Assembly (NCBI GenBank): GCA_017961365.1
Contig: JAGCXI010000068.1
Span: forward strand, 1-62,164
DNA from: Clostridia bacterium
GTDB lineage: Bacteria; Bacillota; Clostridia; Christensenellales; CAG-1252
DNA length: 62,164 bases
Reading direction: 5' to 3'
Shown: positions 53,422 through 62,130 of the stretch, one piece after another
Layout: each line of letters starts with the position of its first letter
Numbering within the stretch: position 1 is the first letter of the stretch
Program-made: the position numbers and the translations under genes
The notes under the pieces: model-generated
What the model was told of the DNA's origin: nothing
What the model saw: only the letters and a program-made list of their open reading frames with translations
Databases searched by the model: none

Positions 53422-54168
53422 TCATATTAAATCAGATCTCAAAATACTATCATATGAAATCGATATTTTATCTATCTCATATAAACGTGAATTTATTGCC
53501 TTACAGTCTTCCGAGTAAAAGAAGACTAACACATCTCCATCAGGATGCAAAGAACTTTGAAATACAACACCATCGAACCCCATATTTATAAACTGTCCTG
53601 CCAAGTACTGAGTAAACCAATAGTTATGCCCCGAATAATGTGGCCGTGAAAATTCTTCAGCTATTCTTGAAATAAGATAGCTTAATACTTCATTATCAAT
53701 TAATTTTGCTGATACATTTTTTCGTAAATCGGCAAAATTTAAATCCCGTGTTGTTATAAATTCTGCTATGGAAATTCTTTCATGTTTTATGGGGCGTAGT
53801 TCATATATAACTGTTGTTGGATTGTTACAAGTATAAAGAAATGACTGTCCTTTACAATTAAGCCTCCCTTCTGCTGCAAGTTCGTGAGGTGGCGCGCCAG
53901 ACTTATCTGCATCATATCCTTGAAAAACCTCCTCATCTGAATCAATAAATTTATCAAAGTCCTCGCTATTAGAAACTACTTCATCCAAATTAAAAATACG
54001 TCCTCTAAAAAAGGATAAGCCCTCTTTTATTCGACAAGAAAATAGTCCTCTATTTTTTTCTAATATAGATAAAAAAGGGTTTCTCGTATCAAATCTATTA
54101 AATTTTACAATCGTTTCTTTCCAATGATAAAAATCAAAACGAACTTTATTTCTTAACTGTTTATCCAT
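53422..54168 (-). CDS. RES-domain protein with an N-terminal extension
   Basis: ATG at 54168 after TAAGGTG. GRLNCKGQSFLYTCNNPTTVIYELRP (R...E) and FDGVVFQSSLHPDGDVLVFF (S) match the RES (Arg-Glu-Ser) domain pattern. Confidence 0.65.
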   Translation of the reverse strand: MDKQLRNKVRFDFYHWKETIVKFNRFDTRNPFLSILEKNRGLFSCRIKEGLSFFRGRIFNLDEVVSNSEDFDKFIDSDEEVFQGYDADKSGAPPHELAAEGRLNCKGQSFLYTCNNPTTVIYELRPIKHERISIAEFITTRDLNFADLRKNVSAKLIDNEVLSYLISRIAEEFSRPHYSGHNYWFTQYLAGQFINMGFDGVVFQSSLHPDGDVLVFFYSEDCKAINSRLYEIDKISISYDSILRSDLI

Positions 54169-54209
54169 TGTGCACCTTATTGTTTTTCTGATACTTTGCA
54201 AAAGCAATT

Positions 54210-57200
54210 TTACTCCATAGGCTTAATCATCGACTCAATGAAAGCGATTTCGGATTCGTCGAGATTGTATTTAGCATATAAATCGGCATCCGCCCAAGCT
54301 CGTGAAAAGTCTTGTACGGAGACGAAACGATATGTTTTTGCCGTGCCGTGCTGACTGATTTTAGCGAGACTCAACAAGTATCTTGCGAACTTGGTTTTCA
54401 AATAATTGCAAAGATTGGTTGCTTTGTTTTCATCAAGATTCAAATCGGCACCAACCACAAGAAACGTTTCCGTACAAACAGTGTTCGGCGAGCCGACAAA
54501 TGCATTTTGATTATCATCATTTAACTCGGTACCGATATTATTAGATTCGGGAATGTACACCTTCCATAGTTTCACCCATTCTTTATGGGTGGAAATTTCA
54601 GAATAGTCTACATAGCCTTCTTTCCCGGAACGCCCATAGCATTTTACTGGATTCTTTAATCCAATGGGTTCCGCTCTAAATTTCGAATCATTTATAAAGA
54701 ATGTTCTAAAGCCAAACGCTTTAGCTGCCGATATGTGTCTCTCAAAGGTGTCCAAAGTTTGTTCCTGCGGCAAAACCTTGTCAAGTATGGAGATTGCTCG
54801 ACTATCGCGAATAAAAATATCAAGATCCCTTGTTTTCAAGGAACGTTGTGAAATATGCGTTTTCCCTTCGCCTTCGTGTGTAACAATCGTCACGCCGACT
54901 TGAGAATTATCAAAGGACTTATTTCTTGCAAAATAGCAAATACCGCCTCTATTGTTTGTATCGGGGAAAACTTCTTCGGGATGCAGAAAATCGTGTAGCT
55001 CCTTTATGTGTTTATCTCTCAACATTTCATCTCTAAATTCATCAAGCCCCTTGCCGCCGGCATACCAACGAGTAGGCATAATAATAGAGAGATATTCGGG
55101 TTGAAGTTTCTTTCCTACTTTAACAAAAGCGTTATAGATAGGTTTTGCGCTTTTCTGCGCGCCGCCGTCGTCTTCTTGATAAGGCGGATTTCCTACTACT
55201 GCATCGAATTGAATCATATCTGCTTCTCCTTGTGTCGGATCGTCTGTCAGTTTTATCTCATCAAAGGGTTTGCTCTGCGCTATTATCTTGGCTATCTTTT
55301 CGTAGTCGATTTCGTCATCCGTTTTCACGTCAAGCAAATCTGTTGCAATGAATCGCTTTGCGATATTGGCACCGTTCAAACCGAGCATTTCATACAGCTT
55401 TCGCGTCAGTTCATAACAAATGGATGACTTCGGAATGGTGTAAATCATATCGGCAACAACCTGTCTGTCAATGCCAAGTGATAGCAATCTCTTTTGCAAT
55501 GCTAATGCGTATTCGCCCGACGTACCGGCAATATCCAATATCCTGCCGCGCCTTTCGGCAACTTCTTTCAGGAAGTCATCGGAGAAGAGATTGACCATAT
55601 CGTCGCAAATATTCGACGGCGTAATAACGATGGCGTCGCCAAGCTTGCCGAACTTCTTGACGGCGACCGCCGCTCTGTCCTCGGGCGACATATCCGACGC
55701 TTGCGACAAATCGTTTAGGTCTTGGATTTTGTAATCCAAATCGCTCAACACAAACTTGTTGGATTTTTGGTAAAGTAGGACAAGTATCTCCTTTTTCAGT
55801 CCAAGGTTATAGGCAATGCGCTTGTTGTCTTCCGTCTCCATCTTCTCGATAATGTCGGAAACGGAAATAACTCTGTCTTTTGTGATGTATGCAAAGAGCA
55901 AGATTCGGACATAAAAACCCTGTATCTTTTTCTTGTTGCTGATCTCTTGCTTCCGCGTATCGTCAGGTGAAGAAGGCGCATTATCGTGCGGAGCCGTATC
56001 CTCCGTTTCCTCCGCATCGGGATCGGGCGTGCCGCCGTCCGGCGTATTTAAGTCATTGCCTTCGTTCCCGTCCGTGCCATCATGTGCGGGCGTGGATAAA
56101 CCGGCTTTTGATCCAATCTCGTTTTCCTGTTCGATTGCCGCACGAATGGTCGCGTCCTCCAAAATACTCAAATCGACGGGCGTTTCAAGCGCTTCGTCCT
56201 TAATGCCTTTGTCTTTTTTATAGTTGCTTACCACTTGAAGGATATCCGCCGCCTTTACTTCAACGATCTTATCTGTATTGATGGTAACGATGGGAGAAAT
56301 GCGCAACTCTTCGATTATGCGCTTTTCCAGCTCACGATTGCCGCCGGTGTCGACGTTTGCGTTGTAGATTTTAGACTTTGTTTCTTGCATGACAAACATT
56401 CTGTTCGGCATAAAGTCCACAAGCAACGTCTGCGGCTTCATATTGTACTTGATTGTATCACCGTTGTCGTCAACGTAAGTTTTTATATATTGATTTTGCA
56501 AACGGAAAATTGCTTGGTCGTATTCCTGCGGAGAAGCGGTATCTTTTAGATACAACATCGTATCCCACTCCGGTACAGTGCTACCCGTAAGCATACGATT
56601 TACGGTCAACGTGATCGTCTTTTGCCCGTTCTTTTCCGCTACACGAACGGCGGCTTTTATCGCGTTCGGAGTCTTGTAAGCATTTGGATTATCCACGCCG
56701 GAAATGTTGATGATTTTGTATCCATTCAGATTGCGGAACCTATCCGTATTGGCCGCGATCAAGGTTTCAAGAGCGTCGCAAGAAGCGCAATAAGGCAAAA
56801 CAATAACGATATGGCGACACATCTTGCCGTCTTTGATCTTATCGTAATTGAGGAAACCCAACAATTGGTCGTCTGCTTTGCTTCCGTCTATGACTTCCAA
56901 CAAATCAAGTATCTCTCGCTCGTATTTGAATTTCTTATGCAAACCGCTTTCGTTCTTTTTGATTGACATCGGCTTGAAGAGCGCAGAAAACGCATAAGTC
57001 ATTCCCGACTTTTTCAATTCTTCCAAACGCTTGCGGGAAGATTCGTTCGGATTGAAGGCAAATCGTACCATCTGCGGGAATCCGAAATAAGGATTATCCC
57101 ATTCTTTGTAGTCATCGTCCAAGACGTGTTCTTTATCCCACGCTTCCTGATCGTGGACGATGTCGATGAATTGATAGAAGGCGATGATGTCTTCTTTTTT

Positions 57201-58253
57201 GAACTCGCTTCCCATCAAGATACGATACGGTGTACCCGACAGGTGAATGGTGATGTTGGTATGAAGCGTTTTTATCGTTTCGTCCGCTTCTTCCACATCA
57301 ATGAAATCATCTGCGTCTTTCTTGTTTTTGACATCTTTTTCGTATTTCTCGCCTTTAAGCACTGCACCGTACTTATCGGCACGCGCGCCGAAATGTGTTT
57401 CGTCCACAAGCAAAAGATCGATGTCTTGCCCAAATACTTCTTGGTGCTTATCCTTAATGGTATCGCCTTGCAGATCTTGCAAGGTTAAAAAGACGGCAAC
57501 CTTCTTTCCGTTCGATAGCGTTTCCGTGATAATTTTGTTGTTGCGGTTGAGTTCGTCGCTTGTTAAAAAGACATAATCCGCAAATTTGACATGGCTTTCG
57601 ACCGTCTTCTTCCATTCCATCTTTACGTCCGCTTTTGCCGAAACGATAACGACCAATTTGGCGTCCATCTCCGCGGCGCAACACATCGATGTAAACGATT
57701 TCCCGAAACGCATAACGGCATACATCAAAAGATTCTTGCGACCGCTATCTATTGCTTGTCTGAACGCTTTGATCGTTTTCTCTTGATTGGGGCGAGGAGA
57801 AAAGGTTTCGGTGCGTGCAAATGTGAAGGTTTCGGCAAGGCGATTTTCGGCATTGTAGAATTGATACTTCTCGGCATTATCCGAGAAATCTTTTTCAATA
57901 TCCGCGATTGCCGCTTGTATGTCTTCGGAATTGGCATCCTTAAAAAACTCTCGGGAGTAATAAACGCCCGCAGGGATGTCCGTTGGCGTTAATCTTGCTC
58001 TTTGCTTGTCTGTCTCCAAAAATTGATGGACAGCATAATCACGGAAATAAACATCGTCGTTGATTCTCGCCGTACCTTCGTATTGTTTTTCAAGCTCGGG
58101 AAAATGCACGCGCCATTCGTCCAACCGCGTTGAAACGGGTCGATATGTATCGCCGACTTTCAAATAATTGGGAATCGTGTTGGTCGTAAAGGCATAAATG
58201 CGAGGCTCGACTCTTCCGATAATGATATTGTCCAAACAGCTTTTATCTATCAT
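54210..58253 (-). CDS. 1347-aa fusion: GIY-YIG/T5orf172-like N-domain, SF2 (DEAH-type) helicase, acidic linker, gamma-class N6-adenine DNA methyltransferase (Eco57I-type) and TaqI_C-like specificity region
   Basis: IYAFTTNTIPNYLKVGDTYRPVSTRLDEW; AVMRFGKSFTS (motif I); LLLVDETH (motif II); QAIFRLQN (motif VI-like); ITPSNICDDMV, ILDIAGTSGEYA, VVGNPPYQ (residues 1020-1026). Confidence 0.8.
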   Translation of the reverse strand: MIDKSCLDNIIIGRVEPRIYAFTTNTIPNYLKVGDTYRPVSTRLDEWRVHFPELEKQYEGTARINDDVYFRDYAVHQFLETDKQRARLTPTDIPAGVYYSREFFKDANSEDIQAAIADIEKDFSDNAEKYQFYNAENRLAETFTFARTETFSPRPNQEKTIKAFRQAIDSGRKNLLMYAVMRFGKSFTSMCCAAEMDAKLVVIVSAKADVKMEWKKTVESHVKFADYVFLTSDELNRNNKIITETLSNGKKVAVFLTLQDLQGDTIKDKHQEVFGQDIDLLLVDETHFGARADKYGAVLKGEKYEKDVKNKKDADDFIDVEEADETIKTLHTNITIHLSGTPYRILMGSEFKKEDIIAFYQFIDIVHDQEAWDKEHVLDDDYKEWDNPYFGFPQMVRFAFNPNESSRKRLEELKKSGMTYAFSALFKPMSIKKNESGLHKKFKYEREILDLLEVIDGSKADDQLLGFLNYDKIKDGKMCRHIVIVLPYCASCDALETLIAANTDRFRNLNGYKIINISGVDNPNAYKTPNAIKAAVRVAEKNGQKTITLTVNRMLTGSTVPEWDTMLYLKDTASPQEYDQAIFRLQNQYIKTYVDDNGDTIKYNMKPQTLLVDFMPNRMFVMQETKSKIYNANVDTGGNRELEKRIIEELRISPIVTINTDKIVEVKAADILQVVSNYKKDKGIKDEALETPVDLSILEDATIRAAIEQENEIGSKAGLSTPAHDGTDGNEGNDLNTPDGGTPDPDAEETEDTAPHDNAPSSPDDTRKQEISNKKKIQGFYVRILLFAYITKDRVISVSDIIEKMETEDNKRIAYNLGLKKEILVLLYQKSNKFVLSDLDYKIQDLNDLSQASDMSPEDRAAVAVKKFGKLGDAIVITPSNICDDMVNLFSDDFLKEVAERRGRILDIAGTSGEYALALQKRLLSLGIDRQVVADMIYTIPKSSICYELTRKLYEMLGLNGANIAKRFIATDLLDVKTDDEIDYEKIAKIIAQSKPFDEIKLTDDPTQGEADMIQFDAVVGNPPYQEDDGGAQKSAKPIYNAFVKVGKKLQPEYLSIIMPTRWYAGGKGLDEFRDEMLRDKHIKELHDFLHPEEVFPDTNNRGGICYFARNKSFDNSQVGVTIVTHEGEGKTHISQRSLKTRDLDIFIRDSRAISILDKVLPQEQTLDTFERHISAAKAFGFRTFFINDSKFRAEPIGLKNPVKCYGRSGKEGYVDYSEISTHKEWVKLWKVYIPESNNIGTELNDDNQNAFVGSPNTVCTETFLVVGADLNLDENKATNLCNYLKTKFARYLLSLAKISQHGTAKTYRFVSVQDFSRAWADADLYAKYNLDESEIAFIESMIKPME

Positions 58254-58262
58254 TTTAGCCCC

Positions 58263-59234
58263 TCATTTCCTCAGTAAGTTGACGAATTTGATCTTCTTTC
58301 CCGTTTCCCAGTCCTTTACGTAGCAATATATCCCGTTGTGCTTTTTGTGATTGTTTTTCTTGCAGCCATCACACATTTCTTCGTGGACTTCTTCTCCAAA
58401 AAAAGTGTAGTCCACGACTTTTTCATTATGGCAGCTATTCGGAATGACAAACTTTAATCCATCCATTTGCCAAATATTCCAAGAGAGGATCTCGGCGACC
58501 TCGCGCAAGTATTCTTTGATAGGATAGACGCCGAATTTGTTTTCATAATGATCGGTGAAGGTGAACAGTAAGTTTTCACGGGCAAGCAGCACGTTATCTC
58601 CTTGCCAATCATAGCCGTATATACTCTTAAAAGCTTCTTTTGCCCATTCGTACCATTCTTGCTCGCCGTCGATGTTTTCCGAAACGACGCGCAGTTTGCG
58701 ATCCAAAAGTCCGATACGGTCTTTAACCTCGATAACTTCACCTGTCACGGTATCATAACGGCTTGCAAGGTAAGGGGCCTCGCCGCAAGTTATTTCAAGA
58801 CGTTGTGCTTTGACATAGTCTTGCCAAGTTTTCCCCTCCGGGAACACTATCTTTTCGGAATTGGTCGTCCACCCTTTTTCTGTTTCGGTGTTGAAGACGC
58901 CCTCGCATCCAAACCAAGCGTTATCTACGAGATTGTTTTGTTGATTGCATATCCAAGACGGGGTGAAAACTTCCGCTTTATCGCGGACACGGGAAAGCTG
59001 CTCCTTCTTGCTCTTTTCGGTTCTTGGGCGGATCAAATTACCGCTTTTTCCGGTGATGGAATAAATCGTAATATAGTCGCTTGCGCTGTATCCGTTGCCG
59101 TTTGAAATATAGTCATCCGTTGCCCATATCAGATTCTTCCCGGACGAATTGTCTTTCAGCAGGATTGACAAAAGTTGAGCGTCACGCTCCAATATTCTAT
59201 TTTCTTTGACGTCAACCCGTATTTCTTTTGCCAT
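58263..59234 (-). CDS. Methyltransferase-fold-like protein lacking the (N/D)PP(Y/F) catalytic motif, with a C-terminal Cys/His cluster
   Basis: AEVFTPSWICNQQNNLVD (motif X-like) and LEITCGEAPYL (motif I-like). No PP dipeptide anywhere. C-terminal CHNEK...CDGCKKNNHKKHNGIYC. 9-nt gap to the fusion gene. Confidence 0.6.
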   Translation of the reverse strand: MAKEIRVDVKENRILERDAQLLSILLKDNSSGKNLIWATDDYISNGNGYSASDYITIYSITGKSGNLIRPRTEKSKKEQLSRVRDKAEVFTPSWICNQQNNLVDNAWFGCEGVFNTETEKGWTTNSEKIVFPEGKTWQDYVKAQRLEITCGEAPYLASRYDTVTGEVIEVKDRIGLLDRKLRVVSENIDGEQEWYEWAKEAFKSIYGYDWQGDNVLLARENLLFTFTDHYENKFGVYPIKEYLREVAEILSWNIWQMDGLKFVIPNSCHNEKVVDYTFFGEEVHEEMCDGCKKNNHKKHNGIYCYVKDWETGKKIKFVNLLRK

Positions 59235-59369
59235 TATTATCCTTTACATTGCTTTGCGCAATTCGTTTTTTGTCTATTTTATATAATAACATATCTACCT
59301 CTTCTTTCTCAATACCTAAGTTGAACTTCTTTATCTTGACTATTGAGGCGACTTGTGCCATAATTAGAG

Positions 59370-59507
59370 TGGACTACAACTTAATATACGACGAGAGAGG
59401 CGCTTTTCTTGGTAAAAGTGTCTCCCTATCTCTCGTCGTAGAGTTGTAGTCCAATACAAGGGAGGCATTTTTCGGTGCGCTCCCGTAATAAGGAGCGCAC
59501 TCTTTTT
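59370..59507 (+). ncRNA. Candidate small structured RNA: long imperfect hairpin (59370-59453) plus an intrinsic terminator (59475-59507)
   Basis: Upstream TTGACT (59336-59341), 17-nt spacer, CATAAT (59359-59364). Helices TGGACTACAAC/GTTGTAGTCCA (11 bp) and TACGACGAGAGA/TCTCTCGTCGTA (12 bp), with apical CTTTT/AAAAG. Then GTGCGCTCC-N8-GGAGCGCAC followed by TCTTTTT. Confidence 0.35.
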
Positions 59508-59529
59508 ATTAAGCAGTCGAAGCGATGAG

Positions 59530-59994
59530 ATGGTGAAAAACCGAGGGAAACAGAATTGGCTACGGCATACGGTTATTATCGTTATAATCGCGGTTTCTTT
59601 GTTTCTCATCAATACTCTCTGGCTCGGATCAACCGCACACAAAACCGTATCGGTAAATGAATCTCAACCCAAGGTTTATATAACCAAGTCGGGAGATAAA
59701 TATCACAACGTTTCTTGCGGTTATTTACATTCTTCGAGCATTCCCATCGGCAAGAATGAAGCGGAAAAGAAAGGATACACAGCCTGTTCTGTTTGCGGCG
59801 GGACGGCAAGCGGGACCATTACCATTTCTCACAAGGAGAGTAAGGTTGTGAAGGGGAACGCTTGGAACTCACAAAATATTATCTTGAACGTGGTTTTGGC
59901 CGTTTTCGCCGCGCCGATGCTCTATATATTTTTTTGTTGTATTGTAGAAAAGAAAGAAAAGTTCGAATCGAATAAAAAAAGCCGAGAGATATAA
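59530..59994 (+). CDS. Membrane protein with an H-C...C-C zinc-binding-like motif
   Basis: N-terminal TM. VYITKSGDKYHNVSCGYL...GYTACSVC. C-terminal TM. 154 aa. Confidence 0.5.
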   Translation: MVKNRGKQNWLRHTVIIVIIAVSLFLINTLWLGSTAHKTVSVNESQPKVYITKSGDKYHNVSCGYLHSSSIPIGKNEAEKKGYTACSVCGGTASGTITISHKESKVVKGNAWNSQNIILNVVLAVFAAPMLYIFFCCIVEKKEKFESNKKSREI

Positions 59995-60128
59995 ATATGT
60001 TTATACCTCCCGGCTCTGTTTTAGTTATGCTTCAAGAGTGATTGTGTAATGCTTCCCGCCCGCCGAAAGCTCATCTGTTCTGTTTCCCAATTTTGCCGCA
60101 TTTTCCCGCGCATTTGTCTTATAAAAGA

Positions 60129-61037
60129 CTACAGAAGAAGTTTATTTCGATAGTTGTATTTCGATAGTACTTTTTTCTTTCTGTTGATTGTGACTTCGGT
60201 ATATATCTCGGTGGTGGAGACGCTTGCGTGTCCCATAATTTCTTGCACGGAACGAAGATCGGCTCCGTTTGCAAGCAAGTTTGTCGCAAAGGTATGGCGA
60301 AGGAAGTGCGGCGTTGCTTTTGTGTTAATTCCCGTTAGATCCCGATATTTGCTAAAGATGTTTTCTGCACCGTACACGCTGAGCGGAGAGTGTTCCCGAT
60401 TGACGAAGAGAAAGCCGCAGTTAATACCGCGCTCTTTGCGCAGTCGTAGCCAATCTTTTAGGTTGTTCCATGTATCTTGGCAGGATATGTAGAGAAGACG
60501 TTGTTTGCGTCCTTTTCCATGGATTAGAATCGTGTGTTCCGAGTGTACGACGTCATCGAGAGTCAGTGCCACAGCCTCTCCCACACGTATGCCGGTGCTG
60601 AGCATAAGGTCGATTAAGCAGAGGTCGCGGGTGGTTTGAAAAACTGCGAACGGGGTGACAGCTTCGGTCTTGCGGGTTTTCAGACAGTTGATCAAAGCGC
60701 GCACCTCTTTTACTTCAAGGGTTTTGGGTAGGCGCCGTTCTTTTCTGAAGGGGAAAGATATCTCTCGCATCGGGTTCTCCGTCAAGTGCTTTGTCTTGCA
60801 AAGGTAATCCAAAAATTGCTTGATCGAGATCAATTTTCGCTTGATAGAGGTGTCTTTGAGTCCTTGCGCCTTCAGCCCGTCTATATAATTGAAAATCTCA
60901 GATAAGGTCACCGCGCCCACATCCTCGTTCTCCGCAAGAAATCCCTTCAAATCCGATCGATACGCCTTAATTGTCTTTTCCGACAGATTCTTCGTCGTGC
61001 GTATTTTTTGTATAAATTCATCCAAACACATTCCCAT
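60129..61037 (-). CDS. Tyrosine recombinase (XerC/XerD-like phage integrase family)
   Basis: N-terminal SAM-like domain (...KTIKAYRSDLKGF...), catalytic ...TGIRVGEA...LIHGKGRKQR...HFLRHTFATNLL..GADLRSVQEIMGHASVSTTEIYT. The ATG at 61031 has better RBS spacing than the one at 61037. Confidence 0.85.
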   Translation of the reverse strand: MGMCLDEFIQKIRTTKNLSEKTIKAYRSDLKGFLAENEDVGAVTLSEIFNYIDGLKAQGLKDTSIKRKLISIKQFLDYLCKTKHLTENPMREISFPFRKERRLPKTLEVKEVRALINCLKTRKTEAVTPFAVFQTTRDLCLIDLMLSTGIRVGEAVALTLDDVVHSEHTILIHGKGRKQRLLYISCQDTWNNLKDWLRLRKERGINCGFLFVNREHSPLSVYGAENIFSKYRDLTGINTKATPHFLRHTFATNLLANGADLRSVQEIMGHASVSTTEIYTEVTINRKKKVLSKYNYRNKLLL

Positions 61038-61125
61038 TTCCTCCTAAAATGCTTAATATTGACAATTATATTTCTTTTTGCTACAATTAAATAAAAATAA
61101 CTATAAATTATTTTAGGAATGATAA

Positions 61126-62130
61126 ATGAGAAACTATATACCAGTATTCACGGATGAAGAAACAGATAATGTTTTAAAAAAATTGAAGCCATCAAACAGC
61201 AAAGCTTGTAACGATAATTTATTATGGGGTTCTGCAACCTCACAAGCTTATTCCGGAAAGTATCATGGCTATAGTTTTAAAAGATCCAACTTATATAAGG
61301 TAGCTTTTTCTTCGGCAGAATTCGATCATTGTAATTTTACGGGATCGATTCTAAAAGAAGTAATTTTTGAGTCAACTTGTAATTTTTCTTCAGTTAATTT
61401 TCAGCGATCTATTCTTGATGGTTGTTCATTTAATAGTGAAGAAACAATGCATGCTTTAAATTTTTCCGCATGCATTTTAGACAATGTTGATTTTAGCAAT
61501 AATACCATACGCGGCAGTTATTTTAATAATGCGAAAATTAATAATTGCAGATTTAACAATACTGTAATTCGATCTACGTCTTTTGATAATTGTATTATAA
61601 AGAATTCTTCATTTTTAAATTGTAATATGAAAAATTTAAACTTGGAGTTTTCAACATTTATTAATGTAGATTTAGAAAATGCGCAGATTTCTTTTTATCA
61701 ACTACCGTATATAATAGGGATATTTAATGAGCCTAATAGGTTAAAAAATCTACTCATAGGATGTGGTGAAGGAAAAACTATAAATTTTTCAGATTATGTG
61801 CACAATATACAAGACTCCATCGTTTATTTTACCAATAAAAATCAATTCCTTCCCCTTGCTAATTTATACTATTTAAAAGGTGACTACAACATTGCGAAGA
61901 ACTGCATTTTGTCTGGGGTGGAAAATTCACTGCTGAGAAACGATTATACTTTAATAAAGTATTTGATTAAATTGGCGATAATACTTAAATTGTTAGACTA
62001 TTCAGAAATTAATCATCTATTAAATAAGGTAGATTTGCATTTAAATAAAATAAAGGATGATGAGAACTATACATATTACTTGTTACAATCATTTGAAATG
62101 CAAATTGAACATTGGAAACATCTGTTGTAA
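61126..62130 (+). CDS. Pentapeptide-repeat protein with a helical C-terminal domain
   Basis: Runs of A(D/N)LxF-like pentapeptides (...AEFDHCNFTGSILKEVIFESTCNFSSVNFQRSILDGCSFNS...NVDFSNNTIRGSYFNNAKINNCRFNNTVIRSTSFDNCIIKNSSFLNCNMKNLNLEFSTFINVDLENAQI). Very AT-rich. Confidence 0.7.
   Translation: MRNYIPVFTDEETDNVLKKLKPSNSKACNDNLLWGSATSQAYSGKYHGYSFKRSNLYKVAFSSAEFDHCNFTGSILKEVIFESTCNFSSVNFQRSILDGCSFNSEETMHALNFSACILDNVDFSNNTIRGSYFNNAKINNCRFNNTVIRSTSFDNCIIKNSSFLNCNMKNLNLEFSTFINVDLENAQISFYQLPYIIGIFNEPNRLKNLLIGCGEGKTINFSDYVHNIQDSIVYFTNKNQFLPLANLYYLKGDYNIAKNCILSGVENSLLRNDYTLIKYLIKLAIILKLLDYSEINHLLNKVDLHLNKIKDDENYTYYLLQSFEMQIEHWKHLL

Noticed and set aside
59370-59453. Integron attC-like interpretation of the long imperfect hairpin near the tyrosine recombinase
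   Set aside because: The outer arms (CTACAAC / GTTGTAG) do not fit the RYYYAAC / GTTRRRY core consensus. There is no cassette array. The recombinase looks like a generic XerC/D-type integrase. Kept only as a minor alternative in the ncRNA finding.
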